This document shows positions 38,837 through 48,352 of a stretch of DNA of 64,000 bases, piece by piece. Made by a program: the position numbers and the translations under genes. The DNA lies in NCBI GenBank assembly GCA_934096985.1, contig CAKONC010000002.1:121421-185420 (forward strand), in the 5' to 3' direction. Position 1 is the first letter of the stretch. Each line of letters opens with the position of its first letter. The notes under the pieces were generated by a model that saw only the letters and a list, made by a program, of their open reading frames with translations, had not been told where the DNA came from and did not search any database. The DNA is from an uncultured Bacilli bacterium. GTDB lineage: Bacteria; Bacillota_I; Bacilli_A; RF39; UBA660.

Positions 38837-40880
38837 AATTTTCTCCAATATTAATAGCTCGTTCAAAAAGATTATCTATTTTTTTATGTGAAACATAAAT
38901 TAATGTTTTATAAGGAAAATTTTTTATTATATTATTTATTATTGTCTTTTCCATAAAATAATCAGTTTCACTTAATGCTTCGTCTAAGACTAAAATTTTA
39001 CTATCTTTCATTAATGCACGAGCCAAAATAATTCTTTGTTTTTCACCACCAGATATATTAATTGAATCATTGCTAATTCCAAAATTATATCTAAATTTTC
39101 TTTTATTAACTATCAAATCTATCAAACATATTTTACATATTTTTTGAAATTTAATTTCATCATTTTGATTTAACATAATATTGTCTTTAATAGTACCAGT
39201 AAAAATTTTTTCTTTTTGACCTACATAAATAATATTGTCTCTAATCGTTCTCAAGCTGTAATCATTTAAACATATGCCATTAATATAAATATTACCTTTT
39301 GTAGGTTCAATACTTCGATTAATAAGTTTACATAAAGTGCTTTTTCCGCAGCCAGAATTACCCTTCACTAAGACTTTTTCATTTTCTTTAATTAATAGAT
39401 TAACATTTTCTAAAACTCGGTTATAATCATTATAAGTAAAACTTACATTTTTTAAATTTATATTTCCTGATAAAAATTTTTGTTTATTGCCAAGAATTTC
39501 TTCTTTTATATCTATAAAATCACATATTTTTTCAAAACTTGCTCGTAAAAAATTATATTTTGGTATTAATGATATGATATTTTTTATTGGTTCAATAAAA
39601 TAAGAAACAAAAGTATTAAACATTACAAGTTCTATCAAAGTAAATTTATTATTATAAATTAAGAAAAATCCAAAAGTATTTATTGCAAACATACTTAATT
39701 CATAAAGCATATTTCGAAAGAAATTTATAAAATTTAAACTGGTAGTAAATGCATAATTATCAAATATTAAATCACATGTTTTACTTTCAATTTTACTCAA
39801 AACATTTCCTATTTCATTTAAATTTTTAATGCTACTTATCATATCTATATTTTCAACTAATAAGCTATTAAAAGTAGTTTGATATTCAATATTTTTCTTT
39901 ATTCTTTGATAAATATAGGAACTTATTAATAAAGAAAATAAGATATAAACAAGCATAAAAACAAATAAAATTAATGTTAATGTTTTATTAATAATAAATA
40001 AAGTAACAAATGAGCCAAAAGAAACTAAAAGGTTTAAAAAGGAAGTAACAAAAAGTTCAGAAAATAAACTTTTAATACTTCCAATTTCACCTACTCTAGT
40101 TATTATCTCTCCTGACGTCCTTGAAGCAATAACATTTAAAGGAAGAGAAAACAGATGATTAAGAAAGTTTTTATATACACTTATATCAATATTTTTATTT
40201 AAGTGATTTTCGTAATAATCTTTCAAATAATTAAACACAATTTTAAAAGTTAAACTAATAAGGAAAAGAAATATAATATACTTTATCAAAGTGGTTGATC
40301 CATTTAAGATCAACTGGTTTAAACTTTTAAAATATAAACCATAAATTATTGTAAAAATCATAAGAAAGAAACTACATAAAAACATATTTAAGCATAGTTT
40401 TTTATTGTCTCTTAAAATATTAAAAAATAACGAATATATATTACTTTCTTTTTCAAGAACGATTATTTTGTCTTTAGGATATAATTCTAATACAACTTCT
40501 GAAAATATGCTTTCGAACTTTTTTTTATCCATTATAATTTTGCCTTTATCTGGATCCATAAATACATAGTCATTTTTTCTAATCTCATATAAGCACATAA
40601 AATGTGCTAATCCATTTTCATAAATAACATGTACAATACAAGGTAAAATAATTTTAGATAAATCATTAATTTTAAGTTTCTTTGCAGATACATCAAAGCC
40701 ATATTTTTCTGCAGCTTTTTGTAAATGATAAACACTAACCCCCTGCAGTGAAGTAAATGTATCCATTCTTATTTTTTCTACAGAAACATATCCATCATAA
40801 TATCTAATTATTGAGGCCAAACAACAAGCACCACAATCCTTTATGTCTTTCTGACGTACAATAACCATTTTTCTTTTCAT
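38829..40880 (-). CDS. Bacteriocin-processing ABC transporter with an N-terminal C39 peptidase domain
   Basis: C39: QKDIKDCGACCLASII (Cys), GLAHFMCLY (His), MDPDKG. Six TM segments. NBD: GNSGCGKSTL, ISGGEKQRIILARA, ILVLDEALS. Confidence 0.9.
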   Translation of the reverse strand: MKRKMVIVRQKDIKDCGACCLASIIRYYDGYVSVEKIRMDTFTSLQGVSVYHLQKAAEKYGFDVSAKKLKINDLSKIILPCIVHVIYENGLAHFMCLYEIRKNDYVFMDPDKGKIIMDKKKFESIFSEVVLELYPKDKIIVLEKESNIYSLFFNILRDNKKLCLNMFLCSFFLMIFTIIYGLYFKSLNQLILNGSTTLIKYIIFLFLISLTFKIVFNYLKDYYENHLNKNIDISVYKNFLNHLFSLPLNVIASRTSGEIITRVGEIGSIKSLFSELFVTSFLNLLVSFGSFVTLFIINKTLTLILFVFMLVYILFSLLISSYIYQRIKKNIEYQTTFNSLLVENIDMISSIKNLNEIGNVLSKIESKTCDLIFDNYAFTTSLNFINFFRNMLYELSMFAINTFGFFLIYNNKFTLIELVMFNTFVSYFIEPIKNIISLIPKYNFLRASFEKICDFIDIKEEILGNKQKFLSGNINLKNVSFTYNDYNRVLENVNLLIKENEKVLVKGNSGCGKSTLCKLINRSIEPTKGNIYINGICLNDYSLRTIRDNIIYVGQKEKIFTGTIKDNIMLNQNDEIKFQKICKICLIDLIVNKRKFRYNFGISNDSINISGGEKQRIILARALMKDSKILVLDEALSETDYFMEKTIINNIIKNFPYKTLIYVSHKKIDNLFERAINIGENYE

Positions 40881-41037
40881 CTATTTTTCCTCCTTTCACC
40901 CTACTTATACCCATTAAAATTAAGTTTTCCTTTTATTTTTGTAAAATTTAATTTATTTTTTTATATTTTTACATTTCGTAACAGTTATATTTTTTATATA
41001 AGGCAATATAATTTACTATAATAAGGAGGAAAAAAGT

Positions 41038-41532
41038 TTGATTAATAAACAAAATCTATGGTTTATCACTTTATTTGCATTAATATTAATACTAGGAATT
41101 TATTATATAAGTTTACCAGATAATAGCTTGCCAACATTTTCTAGCACAGAAAATAACTTGGATAATGCTATAAAAGTTACTGATTCTGATGTAATAATTG
41201 CTTTAAAAGTTGAAGAGGAAGAAAAAATTTTAAAAGAAATGGAAAATGCTCAAAAGATTCTTTTAGATAGCAGTTCTACAACAGAGCAAAAAAATATAGC
41301 TTACGAATCTTTACAAGAATTAAATTCAAAAAAAGGTAAAATAATTGAAATTGAAAAGCTTATAAAAGAAAAATTTAATTTAGATTCTTGTGTAAAAATC
41401 GAAGGTAACAAAATAAATATTACCTTGTCAAGTAAAAATCAAGATGCTGAATTTGCAAATAATGTTATAAAATCTGTGCAATCTCTTTATACTGAGCAGA
41501 TGTATATAACCGTTAAGTTTCAAGATAAATAG
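41038..41532 (+). CDS. spoIIIAH: SpoIIIAH-like protein
   Basis: TTG start 8 nt after GGAGG. The N-terminus INKQNLWFITLFALILILGIYYISLP and the C-terminus IEGNKINITLSS...MYITVKF parallel B. subtilis SpoIIIAH (KKQTVWLLTMLSL...YYIMSP; EGDKINITVKS...VAVTFE), as I recall that sequence. Confidence 0.7.
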   Translation: MINKQNLWFITLFALILILGIYYISLPDNSLPTFSSTENNLDNAIKVTDSDVIIALKVEEEEKILKEMENAQKILLDSSSTTEQKNIAYESLQELNSKKGKIIEIEKLIKEKFNLDSCVKIEGNKINITLSSKNQDAEFANNVIKSVQSLYTEQMYITVKFQDK

Positions 41533-41600
41533 GCATATGTAAGGACCTTTTTTATAAAAAATTCATAAAATATTATGAATAGTGTAAGAAAGGAAGGCCT

Positions 41601-41807
41601 ATGAAAAAACTACTTACTAAAAGAGAACACGAAATATTTTCACTTTTAGTACTTAACAAAACAACTAAAGAAATATCCGAGCAATTAAATATTAGTCAAA
41701 AAACTGTCCGCAACCATATATCAAATACAATGCAAAAATTAGGTGTAAAGGGCCGTTGTAATGCTATAATTGAATTATTAAAACTTGGAGCAATTTCATT
41801 AGATTAA
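41601..41807 (+). CDS. Single-domain LuxR/GerE-type HTH regulator
   Basis: 68 aa. LTKREHEIFSLLVLNKTTKEISEQLNISQKTVRNHISNTMQKLGV matches GerE in size and layout. Confidence 0.7.
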   Translation: MKKLLTKREHEIFSLLVLNKTTKEISEQLNISQKTVRNHISNTMQKLGVKGRCNAIIELLKLGAISLD

Positions 41808-41810
41808 ACC

Positions 41811-41832
41811 AAAAGCCTTCGGGCTTTTTTTT
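41811..41832 (+). terminator. Rho-independent terminator
   Basis: AAGCC-TTCG-GGCTT followed by TTTTTTT. Confidence 0.7.
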
Positions 41833-41875
41833 GAATAAAGAAATATTTTTATAATATAATTTATTAGGTGATAAC

Positions 41876-42775
41876 ATGCTAAAAAAAAGGGCCATAAAAA
41901 GAATCATTACTTCAACTGGTGCATTATTTATTTTTTTATTGATATATATTTTTCCAAAACAAGAAAAATTTAATATTCCCGAAGAAGTAATTTATGTTAA
42001 TGAACTTACAATGCCTCTTTACACGCTTGATCAAAATAGTTATGTTGCTAGGACTAATATTATCAAAAAAAATGAAGATGATATAAATTATATAATAAGT
42101 GTGCTTACTAAAAATAGTATTAATTCAAATTATTTGGCTACAAATTTTACACCAGTTATTCCCGAAAACACAAAACTACTTGATTACTCATTAAACGATA
42201 ATATTTTAAAACTTAACTTTTCTAAAGAATTACTAAATGTAAGTGAAAAAGATGAAGAAAAAATGATTGAAAGTTTAATATACTCTTTATGTGAAATAAA
42301 TGGCATTAATAAAATAATGATATTTGTTGAAGGAAAAGAATTAAATGAACTACCAAACTCAAAAATAAAATTACCTACTGTGCTTGATAAAAGTTTTGGT
42401 GTAAATAAAGTGTATGATGTTAATAATATAAAAGGTATTGTTAAAACTACAGTATACTATATGAAAAAATATGAAGACGATTTATATTACGTACCAATTA
42501 CTAAAATCACTAATAGTGATAAAAAATGTATTGAAATAATTATAGATGAACTTAAATCATCCCCCACATATGAAAGTAATTTACTAAGTTTTTTAACTGC
42601 TTCTTATGAACTTGAAAATTATGAAATACTAGATAACTCTATATCACTAACTTTTAATAATAAATTACTAGCTAATTTAAATGATGAGGAAATCACAGAA
42701 AAAGTAAAATATTCTCTTGCTCTTTCAATAAGAGATTCTCTTAATATCGAAGATATAGTTATAAATATTAATTAA
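41876..42775 (+). CDS. gerM: GerM-like protein (two GerMN-type domains)
   Basis: N-terminal anchor followed by two repeats of the pattern ..L.LNFSKELL....E..MIESLIYSLCEI.GI.KIMIFVEGK. Confidence 0.65.
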   Translation: MLKKRAIKRIITSTGALFIFLLIYIFPKQEKFNIPEEVIYVNELTMPLYTLDQNSYVARTNIIKKNEDDINYIISVLTKNSINSNYLATNFTPVIPENTKLLDYSLNDNILKLNFSKELLNVSEKDEEKMIESLIYSLCEINGINKIMIFVEGKELNELPNSKIKLPTVLDKSFGVNKVYDVNNIKGIVKTTVYYMKKYEDDLYYVPITKITNSDKKCIEIIIDELKSSPTYESNLLSFLTASYELENYEILDNSISLTFNNKLLANLNDEEITEKVKYSLALSIRDSLNIEDIVININ

Positions 42776-42794
42776 TTGTAAATACTATATATTA

Positions 42795-43133
42795 GTGATA
42801 ATTATGCCAATAATAGTATATAAAAATAAATTTAAAGATTATGAATTAAGTTTTGCTTTTAACCTAGAATATATAAAAGGTTACAAACTTAAAAACAAAG
42901 ATTATAATGAACTTTTTTCTGAAAATATCAAAAATATCATAAATGAGTCCATAGAAAATTTTAATGAAGATATTTATCAAAATTATTTAAGTGAATATAA
43001 AATAACATTTATTGCTTTAACTAAATATTTTATGGATAAAATACCAGATATTTTTTCTATTAAATATGAAAATAATAATGAAAACTCGATATTTTATGCT
43101 GACGAAATACAAAATTTAACAAAAAATGGCTAA
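42795..43133 (+). CDS. Hypothetical protein
   Basis: 112-aa ORF with no clear SD and an uncertain start (GTG at 42795 or ATG at 42804). Confidence 0.35.
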   Translation: MIIMPIIVYKNKFKDYELSFAFNLEYIKGYKLKNKDYNELFSENIKNIINESIENFNEDIYQNYLSEYKITFIALTKYFMDKIPDIFSIKYENNNENSIFYADEIQNLTKNG

Positions 43134-43179
43134 ATTTACTTGTATTTAATTAAACATTGATATATAATTTAATTGTGAT

Positions 43180-43256
<77 letters not shown>

Positions 43257-43290
43257 ATTGATAATAAACTCGGTATTTATCGAGTATACT

Positions 43291-43318
43291 AAAAACGGCT
43301 TTTTATAAGTCGTTTTTA
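43291..43318. terminator. Hairpin terminator downstream of the tRNA, possibly bidirectional (miaB converges)
   Basis: AAAAA-ACGGCTT-tttat-AAGTCGT-TTTTT. Confidence 0.55.
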
Positions 43319-43392
43319 TGTTATTAAGATAATGCATTTAACATTTTTGTTAAGTGCTTTTTTATTTTCAAAAAATGGAATAAGACTTTATC

Positions 43393-44793
43393 TTATTCCA
43401 CTATTCCATCTAAGCTAAAACTTTTAGCATCAGTTATTTTTACATTAACAATTTGGCCAATTAATGATTTATCACAAGAAACATTTACAAGTTTCATTGT
43501 ATCAGTATAACCAAAACATTTTTCCGGGTCCTTTTCACTTTCTCCTATTAAAAGTACAGGAACTACTCTACTCAAAAGTTTTTCATTACTTTCTTTTGAA
43601 TATTTATTAATAAGTTCATTTAATTCATGTAATCTTCTTTCTTTATCTTCTTTTGAAACATCATCTTTCATAAGTGATGATGCAGTTCCTTTTCTTTCAG
43701 AATAAATAAATGTATAAGCACCATCATACTTAAGTTTATTAACTACATCTAAAGTTTCTTTAAAATCTTCTTCAGTTTCTGATGGAAAACCAACAATAAT
43801 ATCAGTAGTAATACATACTCCTGGTATTTTTTCTTTCATTTTATTAAATAAACTAATGTATTCTTCTTTAGTATATCGACGATTCATCTTCTTTAAAATT
43901 CTATCACTACCAGATTGAATAGGTAGATGAATATAAGGCATAACATTTTCATATTTTGCAATTACATCAATCATTTTATCAGTAAAGTTCCAAGGATGAG
44001 ATGTAACAAATCTAAGTCTTGGTATACCAAGTTTTGCAACATTTTCAAGTAAATCTGCAAAATCATACCCTAAATTCAAATCATTTCCATAAGCATTTAC
44101 ATTTTGTCCTAATAAAGTTATTTCTTTATACCCATTTTGAACAAGGCATTTGCATTCTTCTATAATTGCCTCCATTTTTCTACTTCTTTCTCTTCCTCTA
44201 GTAAATGGAACTATACAGTAAGTACAAAATTTGTCACAACCAAACATAACGTTTACCCATGCACATATATTTGAATCTCTTTTATAAATAATATTTTCTG
44301 GAACAACATCACTATTTGATTGAACAAAAATATTTTGCTTATCTAATTTTTCTAATAATAATTTTGGTAAATCAAAAATATTATTTGGACCAATGACAAT
44401 ATCAACATATTTATGATTTTTTTCAATATCCTCAACAACATCAACTTGACCTGCCATACAGCCCATTAATACAATTACTAAATCCTTTTTTATATTTTTT
44501 AAATGTTTGCATCTTCCTAAATAGCCAAAAACTTTATCATGAGCATTTTCTCTTATAGCGCATGTATTTAAAACTACTACATCTGCATCATCTAATTCAT
44601 TGGTTTTAGAAAATCCTAATCTTTCCAAGAAAGAAGCAATTGCCTCAGAATCATGAACATTCATTTGACAACCATAAGTTTTTAAAAAATATTTTTTATT
44701 TTCATAAACTTTTTGAATTTCATTATCTATATTTAAATAATTAATATTAACTTTCTCTCTATTTCTTGCTATATTATAATCTGGTTTTAACAT
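43393..44793 (-). CDS. miaB: tRNA-2-methylthio-N6-dimethylallyladenosine synthase
   Basis: YFLKTYGCQMN, radical-SAM CDKFCTYC, C-terminal TRAM domain. Confidence 0.95.
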   Translation of the reverse strand: MLKPDYNIARNREKVNINYLNIDNEIQKVYENKKYFLKTYGCQMNVHDSEAIASFLERLGFSKTNELDDADVVVLNTCAIRENAHDKVFGYLGRCKHLKNIKKDLVIVLMGCMAGQVDVVEDIEKNHKYVDIVIGPNNIFDLPKLLLEKLDKQNIFVQSNSDVVPENIIYKRDSNICAWVNVMFGCDKFCTYCIVPFTRGRERSRKMEAIIEECKCLVQNGYKEITLLGQNVNAYGNDLNLGYDFADLLENVAKLGIPRLRFVTSHPWNFTDKMIDVIAKYENVMPYIHLPIQSGSDRILKKMNRRYTKEEYISLFNKMKEKIPGVCITTDIIVGFPSETEEDFKETLDVVNKLKYDGAYTFIYSERKGTASSLMKDDVSKEDKERRLHELNELINKYSKESNEKLLSRVVPVLLIGESEKDPEKCFGYTDTMKLVNVSCDKSLIGQIVNVKITDAKSFSLDGIVE

Positions 44794-45021
44794 AAAAAAA
44801 TCACTTCCAACAAAATGTATTATAACAAAATTAACATTTAATTGAAAGGGATTTTGGATATTCTAGGATATTTATTAAGTTTAAAGCTTAATGAAGAAGT
44901 ATTTTTAAATTAGGGATGCATGATATGAATTACTTTTTATCCAAAACCCGCTTTCACGTTGTAATTTACTCTAATTTAAAACTATTTTCAAGTACTTCGA
45001 CAAAACTAGAAAAAACTAGAA

Positions 45022-46203
45022 TTATTTTGACATTTTTCGACGTTTTTTTCTCATTCTTTTTAAAAGTTTTTTTACTATTTTCCAAAACATATATAATAAA
45101 ATTATAATTACAATAATTATAATAATTGATGGATTATATTTTATATTTTTATCTAAATGTACATCTAAAGAAGTTAATAAATTATCACCATTATAAATAT
45201 TTATTTTTCCAAGAAGAGCCCCTTTTTTCGTATTATATTTAACCTTTTCTACCCCATCATATTCATAAGTAATATCAGCATTATTTTTTAAATACATTTC
45301 AATATCATCATTACCATAAATTATATATTCTTTTTCTTTACTTTTTTCAATAGGTAATCTTTTTATTTCTGTTTCTTTTGATAAAACTTTTTGGTAACTA
45401 TAATTATCCTTATAATAATCATATATAGTTAAAGAGTCCTTTATTGCACTTGAGGCATTTAAAGGATTTGACCCAAGAACTATAAGCATATAGTCTACAT
45501 TATTTAAGTTAGCAGTTGAAGCAAGACATCTTCCTGCATCTAAAGTAAACCCTGTTTTTGCACCTAAAATTTCATCTGTATTTAAACCATTTTTATAAAC
45601 ATCAACAGTTCTTAAAAGTTTAATTCCATTTGTGGTAGTATAACTTTTCGTAGTAAAAATTTTTTTAAAAGTATCATTTTTTAATGCATATGATAATAAA
45701 ATAGAAACATCTTTTGCACTAGAATAGTTATTTTCATCATCCATGCCAATTGGATTAGAAAATGAAGTGTTATTCATACCAATTTTTTTTGCTAATTCAT
45801 TCATTTGATTAATAAAACTATCATAACCTAAAGTATTATTTATTATTGCATTTACCGCATCTGCACCACTTGGAAGCAAAATACCATATAATAAATCTAA
45901 ATAAGTTACTTTATCATTTACTTTAAAGCCAGCTTTTGAATAACCATTTAAACCCTCGAAATCTTTATTTTGAATAACCACAAACTCATTTAAATCATTA
46001 ATATTTTCAATTGCCACAATACTAGTCATGATTTTTGTTAAACTAGCAATTGAAACTTTTTCATCTTCATTTATATTATATAAAACTGTATTATCATTTA
46101 AATTATATAAAATAATATTTTTGCTACTAACATCAAATTCCTCAGCATATACAAAACTAATACTTATAAAAAAAGTTAAAATAATAGCGTATATTTTCTT
46201 CAT
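45022..46203 (-). CDS. S11-family D-alanyl-D-alanine carboxypeptidase with a C-terminal membrane anchor
   Basis: Signal peptide, SLTK (SxxK) and KTGFT (KTG) motifs. The middle motif reads SGAD rather than SxN. C-terminal TM plus a basic tail. The ATG at 46203 follows GGTGG. Confidence 0.85.
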   Translation of the reverse strand: MKKIYAIILTFFISISFVYAEEFDVSSKNIILYNLNDNTVLYNINEDEKVSIASLTKIMTSIVAIENINDLNEFVVIQNKDFEGLNGYSKAGFKVNDKVTYLDLLYGILLPSGADAVNAIINNTLGYDSFINQMNELAKKIGMNNTSFSNPIGMDDENNYSSAKDVSILLSYALKNDTFKKIFTTKSYTTTNGIKLLRTVDVYKNGLNTDEILGAKTGFTLDAGRCLASTANLNNVDYMLIVLGSNPLNASSAIKDSLTIYDYYKDNYSYQKVLSKETEIKRLPIEKSKEKEYIIYGNDDIEMYLKNNADITYEYDGVEKVKYNTKKGALLGKINIYNGDNLLTSLDVHLDKNIKYNPSIIIIIVIIILLYMFWKIVKKLLKRMRKKRRKMSK

Positions 46204-46290
46204 TTTTACCACCATACTAAAATTATAACACAATAAAATTATTTAGAACTTAAAATAAATTAACTTGACATGATATTTTAACTTTGACAT

Positions 46291-46322
46291 AAAAAAGCAC
46301 CATTTTTAATTTAAATGATGCT
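46291..46322 (-). terminator. Rho-independent terminator of thrS
   Basis: A 10-bp stem with one mismatch (AGCATCATTT/AAATGGTGCT on the minus strand) followed by TTTTT. Confidence 0.55.
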
Positions 46323-46327
46323 CTTAA

Positions 46328-48091
46328 TTAAATATTATATTTTTTATTTTCTATACAATCATTAATTTTTTCAACAAACTTTTCTGTTGACATAGTTATA
46401 GTTTCAGGATTTCCAAATTTACGATAACTAATTTGTTTATTATTTACTTCATTATCTCCGATAATTAAAGTTATAGGCATTTTCCTAGTTTGACTTTCAC
46501 GCATTTTATATCCTAGTTTTTCATTTCTATCGTCAAGTTTAACTCTAATTTTATTTTCCTCTAAAATATTTTTAATCTCATAACAATAATCAAGATGAAG
46601 CTCATTATTAACTGGAATAATATTTACCTGCACTGGAGAAAGCCATAATGGGAATGCTCCTTTAGTTTCTTCGATAACAAATGCAGTAAATCTATCAAAT
46701 GTTCCAAAAATAGCTCTGTGTATTACTACTGGAACTTTTTTTTCACCTTTGTTATCAATGTATGATAAATCAAATCTTCTAGGAAGTAAAAAGTCTAATT
46801 GACAAGTTGATAAAGTAACCTCTGGTCCTACTGCAGGTTTTACTTCAACATCTAATTTTGGTCCATAAAATGCTGCTTCACCTTTTGCTTCAAAATAATC
46901 TACACCAAGTTCATCTAAAACTTCTCTTAATTTATTTTCAGCAGTATTCCACATTTCATCATCATCAAAATATTTTTCTTTATCTTCTTTATCTCTTAAT
47001 GATAATCTAAATTTATAGTTTTTAATACCAAAGTCTTTATATACATCTAGTATTAAGCTTACTACCTTTTTAAATTCATCACCAATTTGTTCTGGAGTGA
47101 CAAATAAATGGGCATCATTTTGACACATACATCTAACTCTTTCAAGGCCTTTAACAGCACCACTTGCTTCATATCTAAAGTCTGTAGCAAATTCTCCAAT
47201 TCTTATAGGAAGATCCCTATAAGAATGTAATTTATTTTTATAAATAAGCATATGATGAGGACAATTCATTGGTCTTAAAACAAATTCTTCTTCATCAACT
47301 TTCATCATTGGAAACATATTTTCTTTATAGTGATCCCAATGTCCACTTGTTTTATATAGATTTACTGTTCCAACGCATGGAGTGTATACGTGATTATATC
47401 CTAATCTTTGCTCTTTTTCATATATATAATTTTCTAATTGCTTTCTAATAATAGCACCATTTGGAAGCCATAAAGGCATACCGGCACCAACTAGTTCATC
47501 AGTCATAAATATTTCCAAATCTTTGCCAATTTTACGATGATCTCTTTGTTTTGCTTCCTCTATTTCATTTAAGCAATTATTTAAATCTTCTTCATTAGTA
47601 AAACATACACCATAAATTCTTTGAAGCATTTTGTTTTTAGCATCACCTTTCCAGTATGCACCACTAACTTTTAATAATTTAAAATATTTAAGCATTTTAA
47701 CATTGTCTACATGAGGTCCACGACATAAATCAGTAAAATCACCTTGTGAATATGTAGAAATAATCGTAGTATCTTCATCCATTCTACTAATTAAATCAAC
47801 CTTATATGGGTCATCTTTAAATTCTTTTAAAGCTTCTTCTTTACTTATTTCATTTCTAATAATCTTTTTACCATCTTTAGAGATTTTTTTCATTTCTTTT
47901 TCAATTTTTGGTAAATCCTCTTCAGTTAAAGTAACATCACCTAAATCAATATCATAATAAAAGCCATCTTCTATTACAGGTCCTACCCAAAACATTGCAT
48001 TTGGATATAAATGTTTTACTGCTTGTGCAAGTAAATGTGCACAGCTATGGTTTAATACGCTTAATTTTTCATCTTCTTTTATATTTATCAT
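46328..48091 (-). CDS. thrS: Threonine--tRNA ligase
   Basis: Editing-domain HSCAHLL and class II core motifs. The ATG at 48091 (MINIKEDE) follows GAAGGAGGAAATT, and the track start at 48106 is upstream of the SD. Confidence 0.95.
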   Translation of the reverse strand: MINIKEDEKLSVLNHSCAHLLAQAVKHLYPNAMFWVGPVIEDGFYYDIDLGDVTLTEEDLPKIEKEMKKISKDGKKIIRNEISKEEALKEFKDDPYKVDLISRMDEDTTIISTYSQGDFTDLCRGPHVDNVKMLKYFKLLKVSGAYWKGDAKNKMLQRIYGVCFTNEEDLNNCLNEIEEAKQRDHRKIGKDLEIFMTDELVGAGMPLWLPNGAIIRKQLENYIYEKEQRLGYNHVYTPCVGTVNLYKTSGHWDHYKENMFPMMKVDEEEFVLRPMNCPHHMLIYKNKLHSYRDLPIRIGEFATDFRYEASGAVKGLERVRCMCQNDAHLFVTPEQIGDEFKKVVSLILDVYKDFGIKNYKFRLSLRDKEDKEKYFDDDEMWNTAENKLREVLDELGVDYFEAKGEAAFYGPKLDVEVKPAVGPEVTLSTCQLDFLLPRRFDLSYIDNKGEKKVPVVIHRAIFGTFDRFTAFVIEETKGAFPLWLSPVQVNIIPVNNELHLDYCYEIKNILEENKIRVKLDDRNEKLGYKMRESQTRKMPITLIIGDNEVNNKQISYRKFGNPETITMSTEKFVEKINDCIENKKYNI

Positions 48092-48099
48092 AATTTCCT

Positions 48100-48285
48100 C
48101 CTTCAATAAAAAAACTCCCGCTTACGCAGGAGTGACTAAGCACGGTACCATCCTTTTTTTTACTTAATTTTTATAACGGTTTTAGCCGGGGTTCTTTTTC
48201 AAGACCAGTTCATGGGTAGTAAAAATATTTGTTCTTAAGTTATCTTTCACCATCATAACTTCGCTATTTAAGACTTAAAATACTT
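48100..48285 (-). promoter_or_regulatory. T-box leader (Thr specifier) controlling thrS
   Basis: Minus-strand read shows ...GATGGTGAAAG..., a candidate specifier ACU/ACC in TTTTACTACCCATGAACTGG, and the T-box motif AAGGATGGTACCGTGC. The terminator ACTCCTGCGTAAGCGGGAGTTTTTTT follows. Confidence 0.85.
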
Positions 48286-48352
48286 TCTTGTCCCAATCAA
48301 AACTTTTAAAACAAGCATATTATAGCACATTTTTTATACTTTTTTCAATATG

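Noticed and set aside
44916-45107. A 63-aa plus-strand ORF in the miaB/dac intergenic region.
   Set aside because: It has no SD, overlaps the 3' end of the dac gene in antisense, and has low-complexity sequence.
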